DNA from: Candidatus Binatia bacterium
Lineage (GTDB): Bacteria > Chloroflexota > Limnocylindria > Limnocylindrales > CSP1-4
Direction of reading: 5' to 3'
DNA length: 59,181 nucleotides
NCBI GenBank assembly: GCA_035574535.1
Contig: DATLYV010000017.1
Coordinates: 1-59,181 of the forward strand
The notes under the pieces are model-generated. The model was not told the origin of the DNA. It saw nothing but the letters and a program-made list of their open reading frames with translations, and did not search any database. The position numbers were made by a program, and so were the translations under genes. Each line of letters starts with the position of its first letter. The first letter of the stretch is position 1. Shown here piece after piece: positions 33,893 to 43,482 of the stretch.

Positions 33893-34827
33893 GACGCCGG
33901 CGGCTCGAAGGCGCCACCCTCCGGGCTTGGCGGCACCTCGCCCCCGGGTTGCCCCTCCGCCGGCCGTTCGCTGGCCGCCTGCTCCTCCAGGCTCGCCGGC
34001 CGCGGCCGCGCGCGCACCGGCTCGTCGCGCAGCGCACCGCCGCGAGTCAGGCGGCCCTGTCCGACCGCGCGCAGCTGGCGGCTCTCCTCGAGGACGCTCG
34101 CGAGCGACCCGACCCGGACGTCGTCGTCGGTCGTGCCGGGCAGATGGACGTGGGTCACGTCCGCATCGATGTCGTCCTGGTTGCCGTACAGCGCCAGGGC
34201 CACCCTGTTGTGCCCGTCGACGACCCAGTAACCGTCGTGGGTCTGGAGGACGTCGATCGGGGGCAGCACCGCGAGCCGATCCTGCGCCTGGCGCAGCCGC
34301 TGCCAGCGGGCCTGCCAGTTCGTCGACTTGAGGAACGGCAGCGGCAGGAAGTCGCCGCCGCGCTGAGGCGGACCCTCGACCGCGGTCCCGCGGATGCGGC
34401 TGACCGGGATCGTCATCACGCCGAGCTCGCGCCGCGGCGCCCGCCGAGCCTCCGGGTGGACGTCGAACAGGTTCTCGAGCGGCGTTCGGTTCCGCCTTCG
34501 CAGCGCGCGCAGGCGCGCGAGCCGCTGGCCCGGCCCGCGTTCGGCCGCGGCGCTGATCAGACGCCCGGCCGCGGCCCCCGTCCGCGCGACCCGGTCGGCG
34601 ATCGGCGAAGCGACGTCGACGATGCGCTCGCCGAGCTCGGACGCCTCCTCGGCCGCGTCCCGGGCGACGTCAACGAGCTGGTGCGCGAGGCCGCGCGTGT
34701 GCCGATGCTCCGGCCTCCCGGCGCGCCCGGCGTTCCCGGCGTGCCCGGCGGCCGGCTCGGATGGTGATCCCTCGGTCGGTGACGCCTCGGTCGGCTTCCC
34801 TGCCTGCTGCTCGCCGCTCACGGGCAC
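33889..34827 (-). CDS. ParB/Srx-like nuclease-domain protein with a long low-complexity N-terminus
   Basis: IPVSRIRGT...LPPIDVLQTHDGYWVVDGHNRVALA resembles the ParB N-terminal (DGHHR-type) fold. GTG start at 34827. The N-terminal extent is uncertain. Confidence 0.55.
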   Translation of the reverse strand: MPVSGEQQAGKPTEASPTEGSPSEPAAGHAGNAGRAGRPEHRHTRGLAHQLVDVARDAAEEASELGERIVDVASPIADRVARTGAAAGRLISAAAERGPGQRLARLRALRRRNRTPLENLFDVHPEARRAPRRELGVMTIPVSRIRGTAVEGPPQRGGDFLPLPFLKSTNWQARWQRLRQAQDRLAVLPPIDVLQTHDGYWVVDGHNRVALALYGNQDDIDADVTHVHLPGTTDDDVRVGSLASVLEESRQLRAVGQGRLTRGGALRDEPVRARPRPASLEEQAASERPAEGQPGGEVPPSPEGGAFEPPAS

Positions 34828-34931
34828 ATGATCGCCTGTCGCTCGTCCGAGCGGGTCCGACGGCCTTGCCGAAACTGACGGCGACGCCCGGGTCCGGCCT
34901 CCCGGGCCGCTTCGTTCCTATCATCGTCGGC

Positions 34932-35918
34932 ATGGCGCTGCCGATCATCGACATGCACGTCCATGCGATGACGGCAAGCGGCGAGGACGCCGGCATGCGG
35001 GGCGATCCGCCGTTCCCCTTCAACCTCCCCACGGAGGCCTGGCCGGCGCACGATCCGCGCGAGCCGTGGACGCGGGCGTTCGACCGCTCCATGCGCGCCG
35101 AACCCGGTCCGGCCACGGTCTGGTCGCCGCCGACCGATGACGAGCTCCGGGACCGGACGCTCGAGGTCATGGAGCGGCGCAACGTCATCGGCGTCCTGTG
35201 CGGCCCTCCCGAGCGGGTGGCGGCCTGGCGCGCGCGGGCGCCACATCGCACCATCCCGGCGGTGGGCCTGGCGGTCGGCTGGAGCGACCTGACGCCCGAC
35301 GACCTCCGACGCCTGCACGGCGAGGGCCGGCTGGATGTCCTCGCCGAGGTGAGCAACCAGTACGCCGGGGTCGAGCCGGACGACGAGCGGTTCGAGCCCT
35401 ACCTCGCGGCCTGCGAGGAGCTCGACGTCCCGGTCGGCATCCACGTCGGCCCCGGTCCGCCCGGCGCGCCCTACCTCCCGGGGCTCGAGCGCTACCGGGC
35501 CCGCCTGCACAGCCCGCTGCTCCTCGAGGAGCCGCTCATGCGCCATCCGCGCCTGCGCGTCTACGTCATGCACGCCGGCTGGCCGATGCTCGACGACATG
35601 CTGGCCATCCTGTGGACCCACCCGCGGGTCCACGTCGACACCGGCGTGATCGACTACGCCCTCCCGCGACCGGCCTTCCATCGCTATCTGGGCGCGCTGG
35701 TCGAGGCCGGGTTCGGCGGCCGCATCCTGTTCGGCTCGGACCACATGCTCTGGCCGGGCGCGATGGAGGTGGCCATCGAGTCGATCGAGACCGCCACCTT
35801 CCTCACGGACGAGCAGCGGCGGGCAATCCTCTACGGCAACGCCGCCCGCTTCCTCCGCCTCGATGACGCGGAGGTCGCTCGACACCATGCGCTCGGGGCC
35901 GCTGCCGGCGACGCGTGA
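34932..35918 (+). CDS. Amidohydrolase-2 family (ACMSD-like) metal-dependent hydrolase
   Basis: IIDMHVH metal site, VGIHVG, and FGSDH near the C-terminus. Trimmed to ATG 34932. Confidence 0.8.
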   Translation: MALPIIDMHVHAMTASGEDAGMRGDPPFPFNLPTEAWPAHDPREPWTRAFDRSMRAEPGPATVWSPPTDDELRDRTLEVMERRNVIGVLCGPPERVAAWRARAPHRTIPAVGLAVGWSDLTPDDLRRLHGEGRLDVLAEVSNQYAGVEPDDERFEPYLAACEELDVPVGIHVGPGPPGAPYLPGLERYRARLHSPLLLEEPLMRHPRLRVYVMHAGWPMLDDMLAILWTHPRVHVDTGVIDYALPRPAFHRYLGALVEAGFGGRILFGSDHMLWPGAMEVAIESIETATFLTDEQRRAILYGNAARFLRLDDAEVARHHALGAAAGDA

Positions 35919-36210
35919 CGCGCCTCGCGGGACCCTCACGTCCGGGGTCCCGTCAGGTCTCGGACTCCACCAGCCGGCGGATGCGGTCGTCGCCCTGCTC
36001 GATCATCGGGCGGGAGCTGCTCGACCTTCGAGGCGTCGATGTTCGAGTGATCGGGCTCGACGGTGAGCCGCGTCGCCGTCGGCGCGGCGACTTGTACCCG
36101 GTGAGGTCCGCGAGGACGAGGAATCCGGTTGCTGGCGTCGCGCTCATGGCCGCATGGGTAGACCCTGGAGTCGCTCCAATGTCAAGCGTGAGAAGCCTTC
36201 CGCCTCGAAT

Positions 36211-36296
36211 GGTGGGCGAGGAGGGGGTCGAACCCTCACGGCCTTGCGGCCACCGGCTCCTAAGGCCGGCGCGTCTGCCATTCCGCCACTCGCCCG
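36211..36296 (-). tRNA. tRNA-Leu (anticodon UAG), CCA encoded
   Basis: Folded by hand. Acceptor GGGCGAG/CTCGCCC. Anticodon stem CCGGC/GCCGG with loop CTTAGGA. Long variable arm GGCC-GCAA-GGCC. T-arm GAGGG-TTCGACC-CCCTC. Discriminator A plus CCA. Confidence 0.9.
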
Positions 36297-36401
36297 CGGG
36301 CATGCTACCCGCGCCACTCGCCCACGACATCCTGGCTCGACCGCGCGGCGTGACCGCGCGACGCGGGGGTCTGGTGAGCTGCGGAGGCGTACAGTGCGCC
36401 C

Positions 36402-36965
36402 ATGCGACGGCCCGTTGTCTTCGGGGCACTCCTCACGATCGCGGTACTCGCGGTCGCGGTGCCGGTCCTGGCCGGTGTGGGCAACCCGAACGCCCCCGCG
36501 CAGCAGAAGGAGAAGGTCCCCTCGGCGCCGATCACGATCTCCGGCACGCTCGAGAGGTCGACCGACGCCGAGGGTGACACGACCTACACGCTGACCGACG
36601 GCGGCACGACGTACGTCCTGGAGGCCGGTCCGAAGTGGTTCTTCGAGACCTACCCGCTCGAGCCCTACGTCGGTCAGGACGTCACGGTCGAGGGCGAGAT
36701 CGAGGAAGGCTCGAACGTCGTCGACGTCCACAGGATCGACGGCAACGTCATCCGCGAGGCCGGCAAACCCCCTTGGGCGGGCGGCTGGAAGGTCGTCGGC
36801 GAGCGCCATCCCGGCTGGTCGCAGGAGAAGGCCGACCGCATCCGCGAGAAGTTCGGCGACTGCTTCCCGCCCGGACAGTGCAAGGACAAGCCGGGGCGCG
36901 ACAAGGCCGGGGCGGGCGACGACGCCGGGGACGAGACCGGGGACGAGCGGTCGCCCGTCGACTAG
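36402..36965 (+). CDS. Secreted protein of unknown function (signal peptide plus beta-rich domain)
   Basis: MRRPVVFGALLTIAVLAVAVPVLAG signal-like N-terminus and an acidic C-terminal tail. Confidence 0.65.
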   Translation: MRRPVVFGALLTIAVLAVAVPVLAGVGNPNAPAQQKEKVPSAPITISGTLERSTDAEGDTTYTLTDGGTTYVLEAGPKWFFETYPLEPYVGQDVTVEGEIEEGSNVVDVHRIDGNVIREAGKPPWAGGWKVVGERHPGWSQEKADRIREKFGDCFPPGQCKDKPGRDKAGAGDDAGDETGDERSPVD

Positions 36966-37013
36966 AGCCGCGGACGAGGGCCGGAACCGGCCCCACTCCT
37001 ATACTCGCCGGTA

Positions 37014-38456
37014 ATGAACATCACCGTCACGCCGGCACCGAAGAGCGCCCTCAACGTCCGTGTGGAGGTCCCTGCGGAGCGCCTCGATGCGGCCATCGCC
37101 GAGGCCGTCCGCCACCTCTCGCAGCGCAACCGGATTCCCGGCTTCCGCCCGGGCAAGGCCCCGCGCGGCGTGATCGAGGCGGTCGTCGGCAAGGAGGCGG
37201 TGCTCGAGGAGGCGATGGACCACCTGGTCCAGCGGGCCTACCGCGAGGCCCTCGTCGCGAAGGAGATCCTGCCGCTCGCGCAGGCCGAGGTGAACGTCGA
37301 GCAGGGCGAGGAGGGCAAGCCGGTTATCTTCACGGCGACCGTGCCGGTTCGCCCCGAGGTCGAGCTCGGCGACTACCGGAACTTCAACTTCAAGCCCGAG
37401 ATCGACACGATCGACGACGCCAAGGTCCAGAGCGTGGTCGACGAGCTGCGCGAGCAGAACGCCAGCCTGAGCCCGGTCGAGGGTCGCGGCGCCCAGAACG
37501 GCGACTACGCGGTCGTCGGCTACAAGGGCACGCGCGACGGCGAGCCGTTCGAGGGCGGCACTGCCGAGCGGATGCCGCTGATCCTCGGCCGGGAGCGGCT
37601 CATTCCCGGCTTCGAGGCCAACGTCCTCGGCCTGAAGCCGGGCGAGACGACCAGCTTCGACATCACCTTCCCGGAGGACTACCCGGACGAATCGCTGGCC
37701 GGCAAGCCGGCGCGCTTCGAGGTCGAGCTGAAGGAGCTCCGCGAGATGATCCTCCCGCCGGAGGACGACGACTTCGCGCGGTCGCTGGGCCAGTTCGAGG
37801 ATCTCGCCGCCCTGCGCGCGGAGATCCGCACGCGCCTCGAGAAGAACGCCCTTGATCGGGCGCGGCACGAGTTCGCCGACAAGATCATCGAGTACGCGAC
37901 CGCCAATGCGAGCGTGGAGCTGCCCGACGTGCTGGTCGACCAGGAGGTCGAGATCATGCACGACGAGCTGCGCGGCTCCCTCGCCCGCCAGGGCATCGAC
38001 GAGGCGGCGTACATGAAGGTCACCGGCAAGAGCGAGGCGGAGATCCACGCGGAGTTCCGCCCGCGCGCCGAGAAGCGCGTCAAGGTCCTGCTCGTGCTGA
38101 CGAGAATCGCCGAGGCCGAGGGCCTCGAGATCCCCGATCGCGACGTCGAAGCGGAGGTTCGCAAGGCCCGCGCCCGCTACGGCAACGACCGCAAGACGAT
38201 CGCCTACTTCGAGTCCGAGCGCGGTCGGAGCTTCATCCGCTCGACCCTGCGGCGCAGCCGCCTCGTCGAGAAGCTCGTCGACGAGTGGCTCGCCGCCCAC
38301 CCGGACCACCCGCCGATCCCGCACCTCGAGGACGGCGAGGACGTGGAGCTCGAGCCCGACGTCACCGCGGCGTCGGAGCCCCAGCCGTCGCGCGGGTCCG
38401 CCGGGGGAGCGAAGGGCTCGAAGGGCCGTCGCGCCGCCGCCGCGGGTCGCCGCTGA
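37014..38456 (+). CDS. tig: Trigger factor
   Basis: [11 protein letters not shown] ribosome-binding signature, FKBP-type PPIase block and C-terminal arm domain. Lies upstream of clpP-clpX. Confidence 0.92.
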   Translation: MNITVTPAPKSALNVRVEVPAERLDAAIAEAVRHLSQRNRIPGFRPGKAPRGVIEAVVGKEAVLEEAMDHLVQRAYREALVAKEILPLAQAEVNVEQGEEGKPVIFTATVPVRPEVELGDYRNFNFKPEIDTIDDAKVQSVVDELREQNASLSPVEGRGAQNGDYAVVGYKGTRDGEPFEGGTAERMPLILGRERLIPGFEANVLGLKPGETTSFDITFPEDYPDESLAGKPARFEVELKELREMILPPEDDDFARSLGQFEDLAALRAEIRTRLEKNALDRARHEFADKIIEYATANASVELPDVLVDQEVEIMHDELRGSLARQGIDEAAYMKVTGKSEAEIHAEFRPRAEKRVKVLLVLTRIAEAEGLEIPDRDVEAEVRKARARYGNDRKTIAYFESERGRSFIRSTLRRSRLVEKLVDEWLAAHPDHPPIPHLEDGEDVELEPDVTAASEPQPSRGSAGGAKGSKGRRAAAAGRR

Positions 38457-38505
38457 ACACGCTCACCTTCGAAACCTTTACGCTCGCGCACCAGCGCCAC
38501 AGGAG

Positions 38506-39234
38506 ATGTACCGAATGCTCGTACCGATGGTCATCGAATCCTCCAGCAGGGGAGAGCGCGCCTACGACATCTACTCGCGCCTGCTGAAGGAGCGGATCAT
38601 CTTCCTCGGCGACGTGATCGAGGATCACCTCGCCAACCTGATCATTGCCCAGCTCCTGTTCCTCGAGTCGGAGGACCCGGAGAAGGACATCAGCCTCTAC
38701 ATCAACTCGCCGGGCGGCGTGGTGACCGCAGGGCTCGCGATCTACGACACCATGCAGTACCTGCGGGCCCCGGTCTCGACGATCTGCATCGGCCAAGCCG
38801 CCTCGATGGCGAGCGTCCTGCTGGCGGCCGGGGCGAAGGGCAAGCGCTACGGCCTGCCGCACAGCCGGATCATGATCCACCAGGGCTCCGGCGGCTTCCG
38901 GGGCGCTCCCCAGGACGCGATCATCCAGATGCGCGAGTGGGAGACGCTCGTTGCCCTGAACCACCAGATTCTCGCGCGCCATACCGGCCAGCCGATCGAG
39001 AAGATCCAGCGCGACACCGAGCGCGACCGCTTCATGAGCCCGGAAGAGGCGAGGGACTATGGCATCATCGATGCCGTCTACAACCTCGAGGGGACGTCGC
39101 TGATCGCAGCGGCCCACGACGCCGGCCTCTCCGGCGGCGAGGGCTCCAGCGTGACGGACTCCTCGGCGGCGACCGAGCGGGAAGGCACGGCGCCGGCCCC
39201 CGAGGCGGAGAAGGAAAAGAAGTCGAAGTCCTGA
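38506..39234 (+). CDS. clpP: ATP-dependent Clp protease proteolytic subunit with a C-terminal extension of about 45 aa
   Basis: [18 protein letters not shown], catalytic GQAASMAS (Ser), IMIHQ (His) and DTERDRFM (Asp). Confidence 0.92.
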   Translation: MYRMLVPMVIESSSRGERAYDIYSRLLKERIIFLGDVIEDHLANLIIAQLLFLESEDPEKDISLYINSPGGVVTAGLAIYDTMQYLRAPVSTICIGQAASMASVLLAAGAKGKRYGLPHSRIMIHQGSGGFRGAPQDAIIQMREWETLVALNHQILARHTGQPIEKIQRDTERDRFMSPEEARDYGIIDAVYNLEGTSLIAAAHDAGLSGGEGSSVTDSSAATEREGTAPAPEAEKEKKSKS

Positions 39235-39280
39235 CCGGGGTCGCGCGGCCGGGACGCCGATCCGAGATCGAGGGCAGCGC

Positions 39281-40594
39281 GTGAGCACGACGAGCGGGAG
39301 CAAGGGGACCAAGGTTCCGTACCGCTGCTCGTTCTGTGGCAAGAGCCAGGAGCAGGTCCGCAAGCTGATCGCGGGCCAGGGCGTCTACATCTGCGACGAA
39401 TGCATCAACCTCTGCCAGGAGATCATCGAGGAGGAGATGCTCGAGCAGCCGAAGACCAAGCCGGCTGCCGCGAAGCTCCCCAACCCCCGGCAGATCAAGT
39501 TCGCGCTCGACCAGTACGTCATCAGCCAGGAGAAGGCCAAGAAGGTCCTCTCGGTGGCCGTCTACAACCACTACAAGCGGGTCAACGCCGGCCACGCGGT
39601 CGATGACGTCGAGCTCCAGAAGTCGAACGTGCTCCTGGTCGGTCCGACGGGCTCCGGCAAGACGTTGCTGGCGCAGACGCTGGCACGCGTGCTGGACGTG
39701 CCGTTCTGCATCGCCGACGCGACGTCGCTGACCGAGGCGGGCTACGTCGGCGAGGACGTCGAGAACATCCTGCTCCGACTCATCCAGGCGGCCGACTTCG
39801 ACGTCGCCCGCGCCCAGCGCGGGATCATCTATATCGACGAGATCGACAAGATCGCCCGCAAGGCCGACAACCCGTCGATCACGCGCGACGTCTCCGGCGA
39901 GGGCGTGCAGCAGGCGCTGCTGAAGATCCTCGAGGGCACGGTCGCGAACGTCCCGCCCCAGGGTGGCCGCAAGCACCCGCATCAGGACTTCATCCAGATC
40001 GACACGACGAACGTCCTGTTCATCTGCGGCGGCGCGTTCGACGGCCTCGAGAAGATCGTCGAGGAGCGGGTGGGGAAGCGGACGATCGGGTTCGGGTCGG
40101 AGAAGGCCGCGGTCGGCTCGGTGGAGCGGGGGCGGATCCTCGAGAAGCTGATGCCGGAGGACCTGCTGAGGTTCGGGCTGATCCCGGAGTTCGTGGGCCG
40201 GCTGCCGGTGATCGTGACGCTGTCCGCGCTGACCTCGGAGGACCTCGTCCGGGTCCTGACCGAGCCGAAGAACGCGATCGCCAAGCAGTTCCAGAAGTTC
40301 CTCTCGCTCGACAAGGTCGAGCTGGTGTTCACGCCGGGCGCCCTGAAGGCGGCCGCGGACGTGGCCCTGGACCGCAAGACCGGCGCGCGGGCGCTGCGGT
40401 CGATCGTCGAGGAGGCGCTCCTCGAGGTCATGTACGACATTCCAGAACGGGCCGACGTCCGCAAGTGCATCATCACCGAGGAGACGATCCGCTCTGGCCG
40501 CCTGCCGCTCCTCCTCACCAAGACCGAGGTCGAGAAGGGCGTCGACGAGACCAACTACGAGGACTGGCTCGCCGCCGAAGGCGCCACCGCCTGA
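39281..40594 (+). CDS. clpX: ATP-dependent Clp protease ATP-binding subunit ClpX
   Basis: Zinc finger CSFCGKSQ...YICDECI, Walker [21 protein letters not shown] and the IGF-type loop region. GTG start. Confidence 0.95.
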   Translation: MSTTSGSKGTKVPYRCSFCGKSQEQVRKLIAGQGVYICDECINLCQEIIEEEMLEQPKTKPAAAKLPNPRQIKFALDQYVISQEKAKKVLSVAVYNHYKRVNAGHAVDDVELQKSNVLLVGPTGSGKTLLAQTLARVLDVPFCIADATSLTEAGYVGEDVENILLRLIQAADFDVARAQRGIIYIDEIDKIARKADNPSITRDVSGEGVQQALLKILEGTVANVPPQGGRKHPHQDFIQIDTTNVLFICGGAFDGLEKIVEERVGKRTIGFGSEKAAVGSVERGRILEKLMPEDLLRFGLIPEFVGRLPVIVTLSALTSEDLVRVLTEPKNAIAKQFQKFLSLDKVELVFTPGALKAAADVALDRKTGARALRSIVEEALLEVMYDIPERADVRKCIITEETIRSGRLPLLLTKTEVEKGVDETNYEDWLAAEGATA

Positions 40595-40927
40595 CCGCCG
40601 CGGCCCTCGTCTGCGGGGCCACGACGGCGCGTACCCTGCGCAGCTCTCGCCGCCCGCGTCCTGGCTGCGCCTCGCGATCGCCGCCGCAGGCGCCACCGCG
40701 TGGCCTTCGCAGTCCCTCCGCCCTTGCCGCTGACGCCACGGCCCCGCGGAACGCTCGTCCCGTCAGATATCGCTGCTGGCGATGCAGATCGGCCGATGGG
40801 GCCGAGTTCCCAACGCCTATCGCCGTGGGAGATCTGTGACGACGTTGCTGTAGGGAATCCGCCGGGCGCGCGCGTCCGAGCCTCCCGGGCCACGCTCGCG
40901 GAGGCACGTTTCCGAACCCGTCGTTGC

Positions 40928-41641
40928 TCATTTCGACCCCGCCGAGCCCGTGCGAACCAGTCGCGGATTGCTGAGGGCCATATTCGACAGGAACCAGGTC
41001 GCGGCCAGCGGGCCGTCCGGGTCTCGAAGCCACGCGGACACCCGGCGCGACGCGATCGGGAATGCCCGGGCGAGGCTCGCTGCTGGACCGGTTAGCACTC
41101 GACGGAGTCGCGGTGACTCCGGCATCGCCAGGACGGCACCGACGACCGCGGGCGTCCATCCGAACCGATCACGAACGATGAGCGGGACGAGTCGGCGCTT
41201 CTCGTCCAGCTTGCGTGCGACGGCGTCGGCCGCGGGAACATCAGTCTTGATCTCACACGCCACCACGGCCCGTCGATCCGCACGCACGCCGATCACGTCG
41301 ATCGAGCCTCGCTCGGGCCCGTAGGCGTACGTGGTCTCGACCAGCACGGTCCAGCCAGCCGCCTCCAGGCGTTGCGCGACGGCCTCGACGATCGCCGCGT
41401 GGTCCACGTCCAGCAGTCGCTCCAGCTCGGCGCCTCGCCAGCGGGGCTCGACGAGGAGGCGAGCGTCAACTCTCCCGAAAATTCGCCGGATCGCGCCAAC
41501 CTTGAGGTCTTCCAGGTGGCCGCGCTCCACCGTCGAGATCATCGATTGCGAGCAGCCAACCGCCTCGGCGAGATCCGATTGGCGCCAGCCGCGCCGACGC
41601 CGCAGGGCGCGAAGGATCAGGCCGACGGTCCGATCATCCAC
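40928..41641 (-). CDS. XRE-family HTH fused to a PD-(D/E)xK nuclease-like domain
   Basis: N-terminal HTH LRRRRGWRQSDLAEAVGCSQSMISTVERG. C-terminal SIDVIGV...AVVACEIKTD fits the D...ExK motif. Confidence 0.7.
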   Translation of the reverse strand: MDDRTVGLILRALRRRRGWRQSDLAEAVGCSQSMISTVERGHLEDLKVGAIRRIFGRVDARLLVEPRWRGAELERLLDVDHAAIVEAVAQRLEAAGWTVLVETTYAYGPERGSIDVIGVRADRRAVVACEIKTDVPAADAVARKLDEKRRLVPLIVRDRFGWTPAVVGAVLAMPESPRLRRVLTGPAASLARAFPIASRRVSAWLRDPDGPLAATWFLSNMALSNPRLVRTGSAGSK

Positions 41642-41674
41642 GGCGGCAGTCTGGCCGCCGGCGCTTATCGGTGG

Positions 41675-43282
41675 CTAATCACGAGGGTGGCTGGAATCCG
41701 ACGTTCGCCCGCCACGCGTGGACTTGGCACGAGGAGCGGCCCGGGGAGGCGCGCCGGCCGCGGACACGTGTGGCGCGCCGGCCGCCGATGCGTGGGGCGC
41801 GGTGGAGCCCTCCCCGACCAGCGAGATGAACAGGTCCACCAGCTCCGGGTCGAACTGCGTGCCGCGGTTGCGGCGGAGCTCGGCGATCGCCTCCTCGTGC
41901 GACATCGCAGGCTTGTACGGCCGGACGGAGATCATGGCCTCGTAGGCATCGGCGATTGCGACGATCCGCGACCCCAGGGGGATCTCGTTCCCCGCCAGCC
42001 CGTGCGGGTAGCCGGTGCCGTCGAAGCGCTCATGGTGGTGGAGCACGATCTGCGCGGCGTCCCGGATCGCGCCCGCCTGCTCGAGCACCACCTGCCCGAT
42101 CCGCGGATGCTCGACGATCGTCCGCCACTCGAGCGGGTCGAGCTCCGAGGGCTTCGAGAGGATTTCGTCCGGGATCGCCAGCTTGCCGAGGTCGTGCAGG
42201 AGGCTCGCCGTGCGGATGCGCTCGATGTCGGCGTCCGGAAGCCCGACGGCCCGCCCCATGTCGGCCGAGAGGTCCGCGATCAGGCGCGACGCGCCGCCGG
42301 CCCAGCCCGGTCGATCGGCCAGGGCGCCGAGCAGGTGCTCGTGGGCCGCGCCGAACGCCCCACGCCCGATGTCGGCCGCCCGCACCCGCGCCGCCGGATC
42401 GACCGTCGCCCGGACGAGGCTCGTCCGCTCGTCGAGCTCGCGGTGCCGGACGACCTGGTCGCGCCCCGCCTCCTTGGCGCCGTAGAGCGCGCCGTCGGCC
42501 TCGCGCAGGAGCTGGTCGAGATCGAGGCTCCGATGCCCGTCGCCGCCGGTCACGCCGGCGCTGATCGTGACGCAGATCTCGAGATCGACCGGCCGCGTCG
42601 CCACGACCACCGTCGTCCGCCCGAGCACCCGGCGCAGGTTCTCGGCGCTCGCGATGCCGCCGTCGAGGTCTGTCTCCGGCATCACGAGCAGGAACTCCTC
42701 GCCGCCGAAGCGCCCGAGGCTGTCGACTGACCGGACGTTCTCGCGCAGCACCGTCGCGACGTGACGGAGGACCTCGTCGCCGACGGCGTGGCCGTGGGTG
42801 TCGTTGACGCGCTTGAAGTGGTCGATGTCGATGAGCGCGATGGCGAGCGGCCGGCCGTAGCGGTTCGACCGCTCGATCTCAGCCGCAAGGACCCGGAGCG
42901 TCGCCGTCCGGTTGAGGAGGCGCGTCTGCGGGTCGGTGGTCGCGAGCGCCTCGACCTCGGAGATGCGCTGGCTGAGCTGCTCGATCGCCTCGCGCAGCAT
43001 CCGGTCCGGGTAGCGGACCTTCGGACGGGACACCGCGGCAGGGCGGCCCCCCGTGCCGGCCCCGACATCCGAGCCTGCGCCGGGGCGGGCGAGCCGATCC
43101 GCGATGCGCGCGAGCGCGCGTGCGCGCTCCCGCCCCACGAGGAGCGAGAACGCCAGGGCGCCCAGGACGAATCCGATCCCGAGGAACGCGGCGTCGGTCG
43201 GCGCGACGTTGAACGGCAGCTTGGTGCTCCCCGGTGGCCTGGCCTGGTTCTCCTCGGCACCATCGCCGGTGCTCGTCAGCAC
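41675..43282 (-). CDS. Membrane-anchored GGDEF diguanylate cyclase plus HD-GYP phosphodiesterase
   Basis: One TM segment, a coiled coil, I-site RSVD five residues before GGEEF, then HDLGK...[15 protein letters not shown] start. Confidence 0.85.
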   Translation of the reverse strand: MLTSTGDGAEENQARPPGSTKLPFNVAPTDAAFLGIGFVLGALAFSLLVGRERARALARIADRLARPGAGSDVGAGTGGRPAAVSRPKVRYPDRMLREAIEQLSQRISEVEALATTDPQTRLLNRTATLRVLAAEIERSNRYGRPLAIALIDIDHFKRVNDTHGHAVGDEVLRHVATVLRENVRSVDSLGRFGGEEFLLVMPETDLDGGIASAENLRRVLGRTTVVVATRPVDLEICVTISAGVTGGDGHRSLDLDQLLREADGALYGAKEAGRDQVVRHRELDERTSLVRATVDPAARVRAADIGRGAFGAAHEHLLGALADRPGWAGGASRLIADLSADMGRAVGLPDADIERIRTASLLHDLGKLAIPDEILSKPSELDPLEWRTIVEHPRIGQVVLEQAGAIRDAAQIVLHHHERFDGTGYPHGLAGNEIPLGSRIVAIADAYEAMISVRPYKPAMSHEEAIAELRRNRGTQFDPELVDLFISLVGEGSTAPHASAAGAPHVSAAGAPPRAAPRAKSTRGGRTSDSSHPRD

Positions 43283-43482
43283 CTGACCCTAGAACCAAGC
43301 CGGGCCCTCCGGCATCGCCCAAAGGTCCCATATCCGCCAGGTGGCATACGCCGGGCGACGGGCCGGTTCTGGCCACCCGCCCGATACCGCTCACGCGCGA
43401 CACCGGCGAGAGTGCCCGCCAAGGTCCCACGCGGGGCCGGCAGCCGCGGCCCATGAAGCCGCAGTTGGGGGAGCCGGATCAA

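Noticed and set aside
35953-36147. 64-codon minus-strand ORF beginning MSATPATGFLVLADLTGY, reminiscent of DUF2652/cyclase-like N-termini
   Set aside because: After about 18 residues the frame becomes Arg/Ser-rich nonsense, and neither alternative frame restores a recognisable domain. There is no SD. It is possibly a decayed gene remnant next to tRNA-Leu, but the support is too weak to call a gene or pseudogene.
40595-40927. Possible gene or ncRNA in the 333-nt gap after clpX
   Set aside because: The ORFs there (40555-40893 minus, 40700-41095 plus) are Arg/Ala/Pro-rich with no SD. I saw no strong hairpin or known RNA motif.
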